Positions 37,312 through 46,573 of a stretch of 64,000 nt of DNA are shown here, piece by piece; position 1 is the first letter of the stretch; each line of letters opens with the position of its first letter. The notes beneath the pieces are model-generated. The model did no database searches. It saw only the letters and a list, made by a program, of their open reading frames with translations, and was not told the origin of the DNA. Position numbers and translations under genes: made by a program. This DNA is from an uncultured Gammaproteobacteria bacterium (GTDB taxonomy: Bacteria > Patescibacteriota > Microgenomatia > UBA12405), in assembly GCA_964448705.1 (NCBI GenBank), contig CAYUZS010000001.1:45601-109600 (forward strand), written 5' to 3'.

Positions 37312-37508
37312 TAGATTTCATCAAACAGAGCGCGGCGATAAGAGTTTTTCTTTGTATCATGAACAAATATCCGACCGCAGCGGCAAGTTACCAAATCCAA
37401 ACCTTTGTTTTGACTTTTTTTACCATGTGTAAGGGAATCTCCGCAACCGACGCAACGCTCCTGAGACAACAACCACGATTGAATTGGAGAAATTAAATTT
37501 TTGAACAT
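37311..37508 (-). CDS. Small zinc-ribbon protein (CxxC ... CxC), 65 aa
   Basis: The sequence reads CVGCGDSLTHG....LVTCRCGRIF. It sits between ruvX and mltG, with a 1 nt overlap with the mltG start. Confidence 0.4.
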   Translation of the reverse strand: MFKNLISPIQSWLLSQERCVGCGDSLTHGKKSQNKGLDLVTCRCGRIFVHDTKKNSYRRALFDEI

Positions 37509-37518
37509 TTTTTTCTTT

Positions 37519-37902
37519 TTAATAATTAGTAACCCGCCGAAGGATAACAGCAGCGGAAACAGAATCTACCATTTTTTTATAATCTTTTTTCTTACCCTGA
37601 TTTTGTTGGTAGATTTCGGTAGCTTCAATGGTGGAGACAGCCTCTTCAACGGTCTCAACAGGTAATTTTATCATGTTCTGAAGACCAGCCACAAACTTTA
37701 GAGTTTGAAGTGCAAAATCACCTTCGGATAGACCAACGTATATTTTGGATATTGAATATTGCGTAATAATCCGAGAAAGATTGTCGATTAAGCGGTCGTC
37801 ATTTTTGAGAGCCGGCAAGGTAGAAATTACACCGGATACTGAATAAGCCAAACCGACATTTTTAGTGCCGTAATCAATGGCTAAAAGATTTAAATTATTC
37901 AT
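37519..37902 (-). CDS. ruvX: Putative pre-16S rRNA nuclease / Holliday junction resolvase-like YqgF/RuvX
   Basis: LLAIDYGTKNVGLAYS is the RNase H-like YqgF N-terminal motif. The protein is 127 aa. Confidence 0.85.
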   Translation of the reverse strand: MNNLNLLAIDYGTKNVGLAYSVSGVISTLPALKNDDRLIDNLSRIITQYSISKIYVGLSEGDFALQTLKFVAGLQNMIKLPVETVEEAVSTIEATEIYQQNQGKKKDYKKMVDSVSAAVILRRVTNY

Positions 37903-38632
37903 TAATATCAGCGATACGACTTTTAATTACTAAACGACGAAGAAAGGTTCCGGGAGGACTGCAGGTGATCAAACTAAAATAACGTCCATCATAACGCTGC
38001 TCCAGAACTGAGAGGTCGGTTGGCTGGACCTCGAACATTTCTTCGACTAAATATTTATAGCGAATATTATCATAATCAATATAAATCTCATCACCGGTTT
38101 TTAAACGGTAAAGAGTGGAAAAAATTGTTAAGTAAGATTTGGGATTATAAAACTGGGGCAAAACCGAATGTCCAAAAACAATACCGTTACCGGGTTGGCC
38201 GGGAAGAGCAGTATTGGGATATTGAATTAAACTTTTTTTAAGATCCATGCTGCCAACTTCAACGACGGCATCTTCAATTTTCAAAACCGGAATAGAAAGA
38301 CGATAAGAGGAGGTCGGATTGTTGGAAAGAACGGAGGCAGCCGAAGAATCCGAGTGGTTATCGGCTACAAACCAGTTATTTAATTGAGTATAGTCAGTGG
38401 AAGATAAATCACCCAAAATACTACCGGTGTGATTATAAAATTTTGAAGATAATGGGTTTAATATTTGACCAAACTTAGTTGAATATTCCAACTGAAACTG
38501 GACAATAGGTAAAAGGGCTGAAGAAATAAAGAACAAACTTACGGCAAAAAGAGCACCGGCTAAAATTTTCTTGCGACGAGGTGACGGCTTTTTGGGAGCA
38601 GTCTTGATTTCTTTTATGTAGATATAACCCAC
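37895..38632 (-). CDS. Sortase family transpeptidase (class E-like)
   Basis: It has an N-terminal TM anchor. The catalytic triad context is present: His (IVFGHS), the TLxTC motif (SLITCSPPG) and Arg (RRLVIKS). Confidence 0.8.
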   Translation of the reverse strand: MGYIYIKEIKTAPKKPSPRRKKILAGALFAVSLFFISSALLPIVQFQLEYSTKFGQILNPLSSKFYNHTGSILGDLSSTDYTQLNNWFVADNHSDSSAASVLSNNPTSSYRLSIPVLKIEDAVVEVGSMDLKKSLIQYPNTALPGQPGNGIVFGHSVLPQFYNPKSYLTIFSTLYRLKTGDEIYIDYDNIRYKYLVEEMFEVQPTDLSVLEQRYDGRYFSLITCSPPGTFLRRLVIKSRIADINE

Positions 38633-40759
38633 TTATTTAACCTCAACAGTAATATTGGAATGTAAAAAAGGCAGAGGATTTACTGCCCGGAGAAAACGAA
38701 AATTAGTTTCGATTTCAAAATTATATACCCTGGGATAATTTGTTTTAATAAGATTCTGAGCAGTTTTAATATTTTTCCCGGAAAGAAGTTTAACCACATC
38801 CGACTGGTCGAATTTGGGCAACGAAGTACCTTTAATCGATAAGGTTCCGGAAACTATCCCGGAGGACTGAGTGACTGAAGAAAGTGAAAGCTCAAAGTTG
38901 TCGGGGTTTAAAATTATTTCATTGAAACCCGGTTCCGACGAGAGCAAGGCGGTTAACATTTGACTTTTTTGATCGTGATTAAGGTAATAAACAGTAACAG
39001 TGCTGGTGGCGGTAGCCGAGAGTTGATCGGCTTCTTCCCCTACCTCACGACTATAAGTTAGACGACTTTTTTTGACCTGGGTTGAATTTTTTATTAAGCC
39101 GTTGACACTGTTGGCCTGGGAAAGTTTGTCATTAACTGCCTGATCGATAGCCATAGTCATTTGAGATTCCAAAGCAGTTTTATCGGCACTGCTGACAGCT
39201 TTAATTTGGCTTTTACTACCACCACTGATGGCACCACTGACTTTAGCTACCAAAATCGTTTCGGCAAAATCTTTAAAATGCAATTGAGTGTCGGCCGGTA
39301 AATTATATTCGGGACCAATGTCGGTGGCAGAGACAATGACTTTGGTCTGACCTAAAGTAATGACTCCGGCCTGTAAATCGGAACTGCTGGAGGCAATTTG
39401 GACCGAAGAACCGAGTTCGTATTTATTACCTTTACTGTCGATTAAAATAGTACCTGAGGAGAGATTTTGAACTTTATCCTGTTTATTAAAAATCACCACT
39501 TCACCTTTTGATTTATCACCGACAGTTTTTTCACCGGTAGTTGGCACAAAAGCACTGGTGCCGATATCAAAAGTCTGCTGACTAACAGGAATTACTTTTT
39601 TAGCCGGGTCATAAGCGGAGGCCGACGGATCTAAAGTTACAGAAATTTGTTTATCGAAATTATAGGGGGTAAAAGATAAAGTAACCTTGGCTTTTGACAA
39701 GAAAAAGGGAATTAAAATCAATAAAGGCAGAACTACCAGCGGGGCAATTAAAATATTAAAGGCCGGCAGGCGGAGAACAGGTAATTTAAATTTAAATTTA
39801 TTTTTTTTGGCAGACGGTGGCGGTGAAGCAACCGGCGGTTCAAAATCTGCAACCAGCTCTGCCGGAGGCGGAATCAACGGATCAAAAGAGGAAAAAACAA
39901 AATTATCGGTGTCAACTATTTCTGTGGTTTCGGGAACAGAAAAACCCAATTCGGAGGCAGAAACTTCATCCAAATTTGATTCAACCATTTCTGATTCTGT
40001 CGGCACCACCTCCTGACTCAAAACAGGATTTGCTGTCTGCGGGGAAAACTGCGAGGTGATCGCCCGGGTATAAATTTGGGCGACTTCCAAAGGAGAATAA
40101 GTTTTAATATCCGGAAAATGGAGAAAAGTTTCGACATCTTTTTTACCTATCCATGGGTAATTTTTTATCGAATCAACAACATTTTCGCCGACGTCGCCAA
40201 AAATAATAATCTGAGGAGGCAATGTTGATTCGGTGTGAAATTCAGTTAAAACATTTTCGAGCATGATCGGCTCGAAGGGAATATTCAGAGGCTTTAAAAG
40301 CCGTTCGGTAACTTTGCCGAGATAAATCAAAGAGACAGACATTTCGGATAAGGTAAGATTCACCAAGACAAAACTGACAGGAAAACCTTCGGCATGGTTA
40401 AAGTCTTCAACAACAGCTTCATCGTTGGTGATGAAACCCATAGGTTTTAGACCTAAGTCGTGGCAAAGAAATTCCACCAGTTTTAAATATTCACCGGAAA
40501 TTTTTCCATCAGAACCGATCCATAAAGGAGGTAAAATCAGAGCCGCAGAATCCGGTTCCTGATCTTCCGGCAGACTGATGGATTCGGCGGCAAAATTCAA
40601 AGATTTATCGGCGGCGGTATTTAGAGATTCTCTTTCGACGACAAAATCCTCCCTGGAACCGACAGCAGAAACAACATAAGACTCGTCAACATAATTGACC
40701 AGGGAAACCGTCACTGTTGAAGGGTGAAGATCAACCAGCCAAAATGATTTGTTATCCAT
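38633..40759 (-). CDS. Large membrane protein of 708 aa. It has an N-terminal cytoplasmic domain (PilM/FtsA actin-like fold is a tentative assignment), a Pro-rich linker, one TM helix and a ~370 aa extracellular Ser/Thr-rich domain.
   Basis: The N-terminus MDNKSFWLVDLHPSTVTVSLV..... resembles the start of PilM/FtsA-like proteins. The TM helix is LIAPLVVLPLLILIPFFL. Its architecture parallels the 456 aa LytR_C protein at 23237-24589. It lies directly upstream of the sortase. Confidence 0.5.
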   Translation of the reverse strand: MDNKSFWLVDLHPSTVTVSLVNYVDESYVVSAVGSREDFVVERESLNTAADKSLNFAAESISLPEDQEPDSAALILPPLWIGSDGKISGEYLKLVEFLCHDLGLKPMGFITNDEAVVEDFNHAEGFPVSFVLVNLTLSEMSVSLIYLGKVTERLLKPLNIPFEPIMLENVLTEFHTESTLPPQIIIFGDVGENVVDSIKNYPWIGKKDVETFLHFPDIKTYSPLEVAQIYTRAITSQFSPQTANPVLSQEVVPTESEMVESNLDEVSASELGFSVPETTEIVDTDNFVFSSFDPLIPPPAELVADFEPPVASPPPSAKKNKFKFKLPVLRLPAFNILIAPLVVLPLLILIPFFLSKAKVTLSFTPYNFDKQISVTLDPSASAYDPAKKVIPVSQQTFDIGTSAFVPTTGEKTVGDKSKGEVVIFNKQDKVQNLSSGTILIDSKGNKYELGSSVQIASSSSDLQAGVITLGQTKVIVSATDIGPEYNLPADTQLHFKDFAETILVAKVSGAISGGSKSQIKAVSSADKTALESQMTMAIDQAVNDKLSQANSVNGLIKNSTQVKKSRLTYSREVGEEADQLSATATSTVTVYYLNHDQKSQMLTALLSSEPGFNEIILNPDNFELSLSSVTQSSGIVSGTLSIKGTSLPKFDQSDVVKLLSGKNIKTAQNLIKTNYPRVYNFEIETNFRFLRAVNPLPFLHSNITVEVK

Positions 40760-40966
40760 TATTAATAAGGATACAACATCAAAAGGCAGGATTCTAATTT
40801 ATTTGGAAAGCAAATGAGAGATATTGTTATGGTCTGATAGATTATGATTTAAGAGATGAAGATATAAGTTATACAAAGCTGACCCTGACTATAATAACGC
40901 GGTAGTTTTGAAGAAAATTTTTACAAATTAAGAAAGGGTGGAGACGTAAAAAAGTTGGTCTAAAAA

Positions 40967-42733
40967 TTAAGACAAGCCGGCGTAGATACGACGTTTGCCC
41001 GAACCGGCAGACTCTTCTTTGGTAATTTTGAAATTTCCTAAAACTCCGGTATTTTTAACATGAGGGCCGGTGCAGACTTCACGGGAAAAATAGTTTTTAT
41101 CGTCGCCGACAGTGTACATCGTCACTACTTTAGGATATTTGGCGCCAAAAAAAGCCAAGGCACCGGAATTTACAGCTTCTTCAAAAGGAAGTGTCTTCAC
41201 CGAAACCGGCAAGTTTAACTTTATTTGTTGATTTACCAAATCTTGAACTTGCTGCAACTGACTATCGGTTAATTTGTCGGGAAACGAGAAATCAAAACGA
41301 AGACGTTCTGAAGTAATGTTGGAACCCGACTGCTGGACATTGGGACCAAGAATTTTTCGCAGAGAAGCATGAAGCAGATGAGTGGCAGTGTGATATTTGG
41401 TGATAATTTCGGAATGGTCGGCAAGACCGGATTTAAATTTACCGGCGGAAAGGGTTTGTGATTGTTGTTGATGCTCTGATTTGTATTTATTAAATTCATC
41501 GACATCCAGCGATAGATTATTTTTCCGTAATTCTTCCTCGACCATTTCAACCGGAAAACCAAAACTTTGATAAAGATCAAAAGCCTCTTTACCGGAAACG
41601 GATTTTTGCCGGTCAATTAATTTTTGGATTTCTCTTAATCCATTGTTTAACGTTTTGCGGAATTTTATTTCTTCAAGATCAATAATTTCAATGATTTTAT
41701 CTTTATTCTGACTTAACTCGGGATAAACACCGCCATAATTTTCCTGATTACCAATAACTGATAAAGCAACTTCTTTAGTAAAGTTGTTTTCCAAACCGAG
41801 CAGTTTACCCTGACGAATCGAGCGACGGATAAGACGACGAAGAACATAACCGGCTTCTTTATTTGACGGCTCAATTCCGTCTGCAATCATGAAAACTGCG
41901 GCTTTAATATGGTCGGCGATAATCCGAAAAGGTTTCGGACTATCCATGTATTTTTTACCCGATATTTCCTCGATTTTTTGGATAATTGGCTGCCAGATAT
42001 CGGTTAGATAATTATCCGATAAACCGGATAAAACAGCAGTGGTCCGTTCAACTCCCATACCGGTGTCGACATTCATTTGAACTAAGGGTTCATATTTTCC
42101 GTCAGCGGTTTTGTTGTACTGCATAAAAACGTCATTCCATATTTCCAACCAACGATTATCATCCGGATCAAATTTAAGAGGAGCATCGCCCTCTTCTTTC
42201 CAAAAAAACATTTCGGTATCAGGACCACAAGGACCGACGGTTCCAGCCGGACCCCACCAGTTGTTTTTCTTTGGAAGATAGGCAATTCTATCGGGAGAAA
42301 TCCCCTGAGACTGCCAAAACTCAGCACTTTCTTTGTCTCTGGGAGCATCACTGTCCCCTTCAAAACAAGTAACAGCTAATTTGTCTTTTGGCAATTTTAA
42401 AACCTTAGTGAGAAACTCAAAAGAAAATGAGATCATCTCTTTTTTAAAATAATCACCCAAAGACCAGTTGCCAAGCATTTCAAAAAAGGTGTGATGATAA
42501 GTGTCCCCGACTTCATCAATATCTCCGGTGCGGATGCATTTTTGAACGTCAGTAAGCCGTTTACCAAGAGGATGGGGTTGACCTAAAAGAAAAGGCACCA
42601 GAGGATGCATACCGGCAGAAATAAAAAGAGTCGTCGGATCATTTTCGGGAACGATTGAAGCACTGGGAATTTCGACATGACCTTTAGAGACAAAAAACTC
42701 AACATATTTATTTTTTAGTTCTCTGGCATTCAT
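40967..42733 (-). CDS. alaS: Alanine--tRNA ligase, compact form of 589 aa
   Basis: The start is at MNARELKNKYVEFFVSKGH (cat at 42731-42733). It has class II motifs, an editing domain HxxxH (HTATHLLH) and a C-terminal Cys/His (CTGPHV). It is much shorter than the 875 aa E. coli enzyme. Confidence 0.9.
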   Translation of the reverse strand: MNARELKNKYVEFFVSKGHVEIPSASIVPENDPTTLFISAGMHPLVPFLLGQPHPLGKRLTDVQKCIRTGDIDEVGDTYHHTFFEMLGNWSLGDYFKKEMISFSFEFLTKVLKLPKDKLAVTCFEGDSDAPRDKESAEFWQSQGISPDRIAYLPKKNNWWGPAGTVGPCGPDTEMFFWKEEGDAPLKFDPDDNRWLEIWNDVFMQYNKTADGKYEPLVQMNVDTGMGVERTTAVLSGLSDNYLTDIWQPIIQKIEEISGKKYMDSPKPFRIIADHIKAAVFMIADGIEPSNKEAGYVLRRLIRRSIRQGKLLGLENNFTKEVALSVIGNQENYGGVYPELSQNKDKIIEIIDLEEIKFRKTLNNGLREIQKLIDRQKSVSGKEAFDLYQSFGFPVEMVEEELRKNNLSLDVDEFNKYKSEHQQQSQTLSAGKFKSGLADHSEIITKYHTATHLLHASLRKILGPNVQQSGSNITSERLRFDFSFPDKLTDSQLQQVQDLVNQQIKLNLPVSVKTLPFEEAVNSGALAFFGAKYPKVVTMYTVGDDKNYFSREVCTGPHVKNTGVLGNFKITKEESAGSGKRRIYAGLS

Positions 42734-42934
42734 AGAGGAAATTATATCAAAAATAAGATAAAATACCCGGCAATGACTGAAAATTATTGTCAGGAACATG
42801 AATGCAGCGAATGCTGTATCGGTATGATTCATAGAAGAATCAAAGTGTCTGAGGCCAGCCATTTGGCGGGTGAAGAACCGCGGGTATATTTTTCAAAACG
42901 TAATCAATTCGAACAATCAACCAATGGAGTAATA

Positions 42935-43156
42935 ATGTCCACTTTTGGCAATGAAAAAAATGATTTAATACGTATTTTTCGTCAAAACGGCAGTGGGGCG
43001 AATAAAAAAATCGATTTGTATCATCCGGAGGAATGCCGACATCTGAACGGACAAGGTTTATGCGGAGACCACCCAAATAGGGCTAGCTCGTGTAAGCAAT
43101 TAATACCCGGCGGAAATGAATGTTTAAAAATAAGAAGGGAAAGAGGAAAAGAATAA
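42935..43156 (+). CDS. Hypothetical small Cys-rich protein, 73 aa
   Basis: The start was taken at MSTFGNEK, where GGAG lies 6 nt upstream; the longer ORF-track form overlaps the alaS start. The sequence reads YHPEECRHLNGQGLCGDHP...SCKQL..GNEC. Confidence 0.4.
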   Translation: MSTFGNEKNDLIRIFRQNGSGANKKIDLYHPEECRHLNGQGLCGDHPNRASSCKQLIPGGNECLKIRRERGKE

Positions 43157-43157
43157 C

Positions 43158-43469
43158 TTATTTTTTGGGTTTAATGAATTTTCGCGGTCGGTTCATCGAT
43201 CTGACAGGAACAGTTTCAACAGAAGAGACAGGATGCGGCAAAACAACCGCTACTTTTGGCGACTTTGTTTTGACTTCTGAAGTATCACCGGTAAATTTAG
43301 AGAAATATTTTTCCAAGTTTTCTTTGAGATCAGCAAAGACTTCCGATTTATTATTTTTGTAAATTAAAACAGCAATAACAGCACCGATAATTGCCCCAAT
43401 TAATATGCCAAAGATAAAACCGCTGCTGTCGGAACCGGAATCTTGTTGACAATTTTTGAAGTCGCACAT
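43158..43469 (-). CDS. YtxH-like membrane protein
   Basis: GFIFGILIGAIIGAVIAVLIY followed by an amphipathic region fits the YtxH pattern (GxxxGxxxGAxxG). Confidence 0.5.
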   Translation of the reverse strand: MCDFKNCQQDSGSDSSGFIFGILIGAIIGAVIAVLIYKNNKSEVFADLKENLEKYFSKFTGDTSEVKTKSPKVAVVLPHPVSSVETVPVRSMNRPRKFIKPKK

Positions 43470-43514
43470 ATTAGTTCGTCAAGTTATAAAGTAAAAAGTT
43501 TATAAAGTTTTAAA

Positions 43515-43766
43515 TTAATCTTCTTTCTTAAAGAAGGAATTAAAGAGATGAAAACCATTTTTAAAACCCATTAAAAAATCAGAAAAAGAAGTAACCGGTT
43601 TGGCGACAGAAGCCGTGATTTGATGAGCATCATCGAGAATAGAAGTAGCAGAAATTACGGCGTTTTTTAGCTCTTTAATCAGAGAAATTAAATAAACAGT
43701 ACAGGTGACGATTGCGGCGGCAATAGCAACTAAACTAACGGCAATTAGAATTTGGGTTAGATCCAT
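43515..43766 (-). CDS. DUF948-like small membrane protein
   Basis: It has an N-terminal TM helix (ILIAVSLVAIAAAIVTCTVYLISLI) followed by a helical region typical of DUF948/YtxG-like proteins. Confidence 0.4.
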   Translation of the reverse strand: MDLTQILIAVSLVAIAAAIVTCTVYLISLIKELKNAVISATSILDDAHQITASVAKPVTSFSDFLMGFKNGFHLFNSFFKKED

Positions 43767-43780
43767 ATAAAAATTATAAA

Positions 43781-44407
43781 CTAATTTTCTGAATTTTCAT
43801 TCAAGAGGTAAGTTCTTTGTTCAGTTTTTACTTTACCACTGGGAGATTTTGATTCAACTACAATAGTAGAAGAACCGGAACCAGGAAGAGTTATTTTTTT
43901 TTCAAAGGAACCGTCGGCATTAACAATAATCAAATCACTGTTGATACGAATTGTTGAGTCGGGATCGGTGATACCAGTTAAATCAAAAGTAGGCTGAACA
44001 AGAGTTTCCGTTGTCGGCCAGTTAACTTTAAGGTCGGGAGGGTGATTAAACTTGACGTATTCCATGACTAAATATGAAGCAAAGACTATTATGGAAAAAA
44101 AGACAGCGATCTTGAAGGTAAACTGAGGGGTAAAAAACCACCTTTTAGAATCTGAAGTTTTACTTTTAGTGACATTGGCAAAATCACGACGAAACAGAGA
44201 AAGGACATCATCACTATTTAAACCCAAAAAATTGGCATAATCTTTGATTATTAACGAACAATAGGGTTCTTCCGGAAATTGGGATCTATTTTCCGACTCG
44301 ATAGCTTCGATATATTTGGCAGATATCTTGAGTTTTTTACAAACCTCATTGATTTCCAAATCCCGATCTTCACGGGCATTTTTAAGTATAACGGAGGCTC
44401 TGAACAT
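43781..44407 (-). CDS. rodZ: RodZ-like cytoskeleton-associated protein (N-terminal HTH, TM helix, extracellular domain)
   Basis: It has an XRE-type HTH (LKNAREDRDLEINEVCKKLKISAKYIEAIE), then a TM helix (IAVFFSIIVFASYLV) and a C-terminal periplasmic domain. It lies directly downstream of ftsK. Confidence 0.6.
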   Translation of the reverse strand: MFRASVILKNAREDRDLEINEVCKKLKISAKYIEAIESENRSQFPEEPYCSLIIKDYANFLGLNSDDVLSLFRRDFANVTKSKTSDSKRWFFTPQFTFKIAVFFSIIVFASYLVMEYVKFNHPPDLKVNWPTTETLVQPTFDLTGITDPDSTIRINSDLIIVNADGSFEKKITLPGSGSSTIVVESKSPSGKVKTEQRTYLLNENSEN

Positions 44408-44415
44408 AATGATAA

Positions 44416-46536
44416 TTACTCGGTATTATTAGAATTGCGATGAGGAATAAGAATATTCCTCGGCTTCGCACCATTAACCGGGCCAACAATATTTGCCTGT
44501 TCCAGTTCATCCAATAACCTGGCAGCCCGAGCATAACCAATTTTAAAATGCCGTTGAAGATAGGTGGCAGAGGCCTTACCGGTATCCTGAATAAAGGCAA
44601 TGGCGTCGTTGAACATAGTATCGTGTTCTTCACCGGAAACAGAAACCACATTCGGATTCTTAGAACCGGGAATAGCCACCGGCTGAGCGACAATGTCGTT
44701 GTTATATTCTGTGGGTTTTTGCTGTTTAAGAAATTCAATTAAGTTATTGATGTCTTTATCGGAAACGAAACAACCCTGAACACGAACCGGCTTAGCCAAT
44801 TCAGGAGGAATATAGAGCATGTCTCCCTTGCCTAATAATTTTTCTGCTCCCGGAGAATCTAAAATTACCCGAGAGTCGGTCATAGAAGAAACGGCAAAAG
44901 CAATTCTAGTAGGAATATTGGCTTTAATCAAACCGGTAATAACGTTTACCGAAGGTCTTTGAGTGGCTAATACCAAATGTATACCGACAGCTCTGGCCAT
45001 TTGGGCAATGCGGCAAATATTATCTTCAACCTCTGATGGAGAAAACAACATAATTTCTGCTAACTCATCGATAACAATGACGATATAAGGCATGGATTGG
45101 AAACCGGCCATATTGTTATAAGTTTCAATATTCTTAGCTCCAACTTCAGTGAAAGTTTTATAGCGACGCTCCATCTCCGAAACTGCCCATTTTAAGGCAG
45201 AAACGACTTTCTCCGGTTCAACAATAACCGGGGTTAATAAATGAGGAATACCATTATAAGGTGTCAACTCCACCCGTTTTGGATCGACCATAATCAAACG
45301 AACCTCTTCAGGAGAGGCACGAAATAAAAGTGTGGAAATCCATGAATTGATACATACAGATTTTCCGGAACCGGTTTGACCGGCAATTAAAACGTGGGGC
45401 ATCTTGGTGATATCGGCCACTTTTGGATTGCCGGCAACGTCCAGACCTAAAGGTACGGCAATCTTTGATTTATGGTCTTTCATGACTGATGATTCCAAAA
45501 TGGAACGAAGAGGAACAACTTCCAGTGAACGATTGGGGACCTCGATACCAACCAAAGAACGTCCGGGGATCGGAGCTTCGACTCTGATTTGTCCACCGGG
45601 GGCGGCCAAAGCCATTGCTAAATCATTGCTTAAACTGACGATCTTGGCTAACTTAGTTCCCAAGGCCACCTCCAGAGCATATTGAGTAACTGAAGGACTA
45701 TCGTTAACCTCGGCAACTCTGGCAGTAATTCCAAAGGAATCAAGGGTGTCTTCAATAACCTGAGCATTTTTGTGAACATCTCCCCTATCAGCTTTTGCTC
45801 CGGGAGTACCGTCAAAAATGGAAAGAGGCGGATACTGCCAAATCTGATTCTTCGGTGATTTAATTGAAGAACCTGATAAATCAATTTGTTCGGGAGTATT
45901 TTTCAAGACCGGAGGGATATTGACGACACCTAAATCGTCCTTGTCTTTTGATAAATTTTTAGATTGATTTTCGTTATGGGAAATATAAACAGTATCTTCG
46001 TTTTTAGACTTGGCTGCCTTTGTTTTTGAAGCAGCCACACCAAGCGTATATTTTTTGACGATTTCAAAAACTTTAATTAGGAATTTGACAACAGTCATAA
46101 CGTCGGTGTCAAAAAGAACGACAAAACCGACGATAAAAGCAAAAATAAAAATAATAAAAGCGGCGACCTGACCAAAAAGAGATAAAATTTGATCCCAGAA
46201 AAAACGACCGACAACTCCCTGACGGAAGAGACTGACCAGAGAAATAAACATGACAATTGAACCGAGAGAAATATTTGGTTCTTTTAAAGGGATTTTAAAC
46301 TTGGAAAAAGTGAGAGCAATAAGTAACAATAAAAAAGGAATAAAAATAGAAGTGATACCGAAATATTTGTCTAAAAACAGGTTATATTGAGTGGGAATCG
46401 GACCGGCTTGTAAAAAAGAGACAACCGACAGAGCCGACATAATAGAAAAGAAGACAAAAAAAATTGTCTGAACAGTTGAAGGTTTTAGTTTTAGAGACGG
46501 CAAAAGATGCCTTTTTTTACGACCACGCTTGGACAT
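44416..46536 (-). CDS. ftsK: DNA translocase FtsK/SpoIIIE
   Basis: It has N-terminal TM helices, a RecA-like motor with Walker A (GQTGSGKS) and a C-terminal gamma winged helix. Confidence 0.93.
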   Translation of the reverse strand: MSKRGRKKRHLLPSLKLKPSTVQTIFFVFFSIMSALSVVSFLQAGPIPTQYNLFLDKYFGITSIFIPFLLLLIALTFSKFKIPLKEPNISLGSIVMFISLVSLFRQGVVGRFFWDQILSLFGQVAAFIIFIFAFIVGFVVLFDTDVMTVVKFLIKVFEIVKKYTLGVAASKTKAAKSKNEDTVYISHNENQSKNLSKDKDDLGVVNIPPVLKNTPEQIDLSGSSIKSPKNQIWQYPPLSIFDGTPGAKADRGDVHKNAQVIEDTLDSFGITARVAEVNDSPSVTQYALEVALGTKLAKIVSLSNDLAMALAAPGGQIRVEAPIPGRSLVGIEVPNRSLEVVPLRSILESSVMKDHKSKIAVPLGLDVAGNPKVADITKMPHVLIAGQTGSGKSVCINSWISTLLFRASPEEVRLIMVDPKRVELTPYNGIPHLLTPVIVEPEKVVSALKWAVSEMERRYKTFTEVGAKNIETYNNMAGFQSMPYIVIVIDELAEIMLFSPSEVEDNICRIAQMARAVGIHLVLATQRPSVNVITGLIKANIPTRIAFAVSSMTDSRVILDSPGAEKLLGKGDMLYIPPELAKPVRVQGCFVSDKDINNLIEFLKQQKPTEYNNDIVAQPVAIPGSKNPNVVSVSGEEHDTMFNDAIAFIQDTGKASATYLQRHFKIGYARAARLLDELEQANIVGPVNGAKPRNILIPHRNSNNTE

Positions 46537-46573
46537 ATAGACAGTATAAAGTAAAAATTCAGAAAATTAAAAT

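Noticed and set aside
42734-42862. The N-terminal 43 aa extension of the alaS ORF (MAGLRHFDSS...) and the long form of the 42773-43156 ORF
   Set aside because: AlaRS conservation begins at MNARELKNKYVEFF. The long divergent ORFs would overlap each other across the shared promoter region, so shorter starts with better context were chosen.
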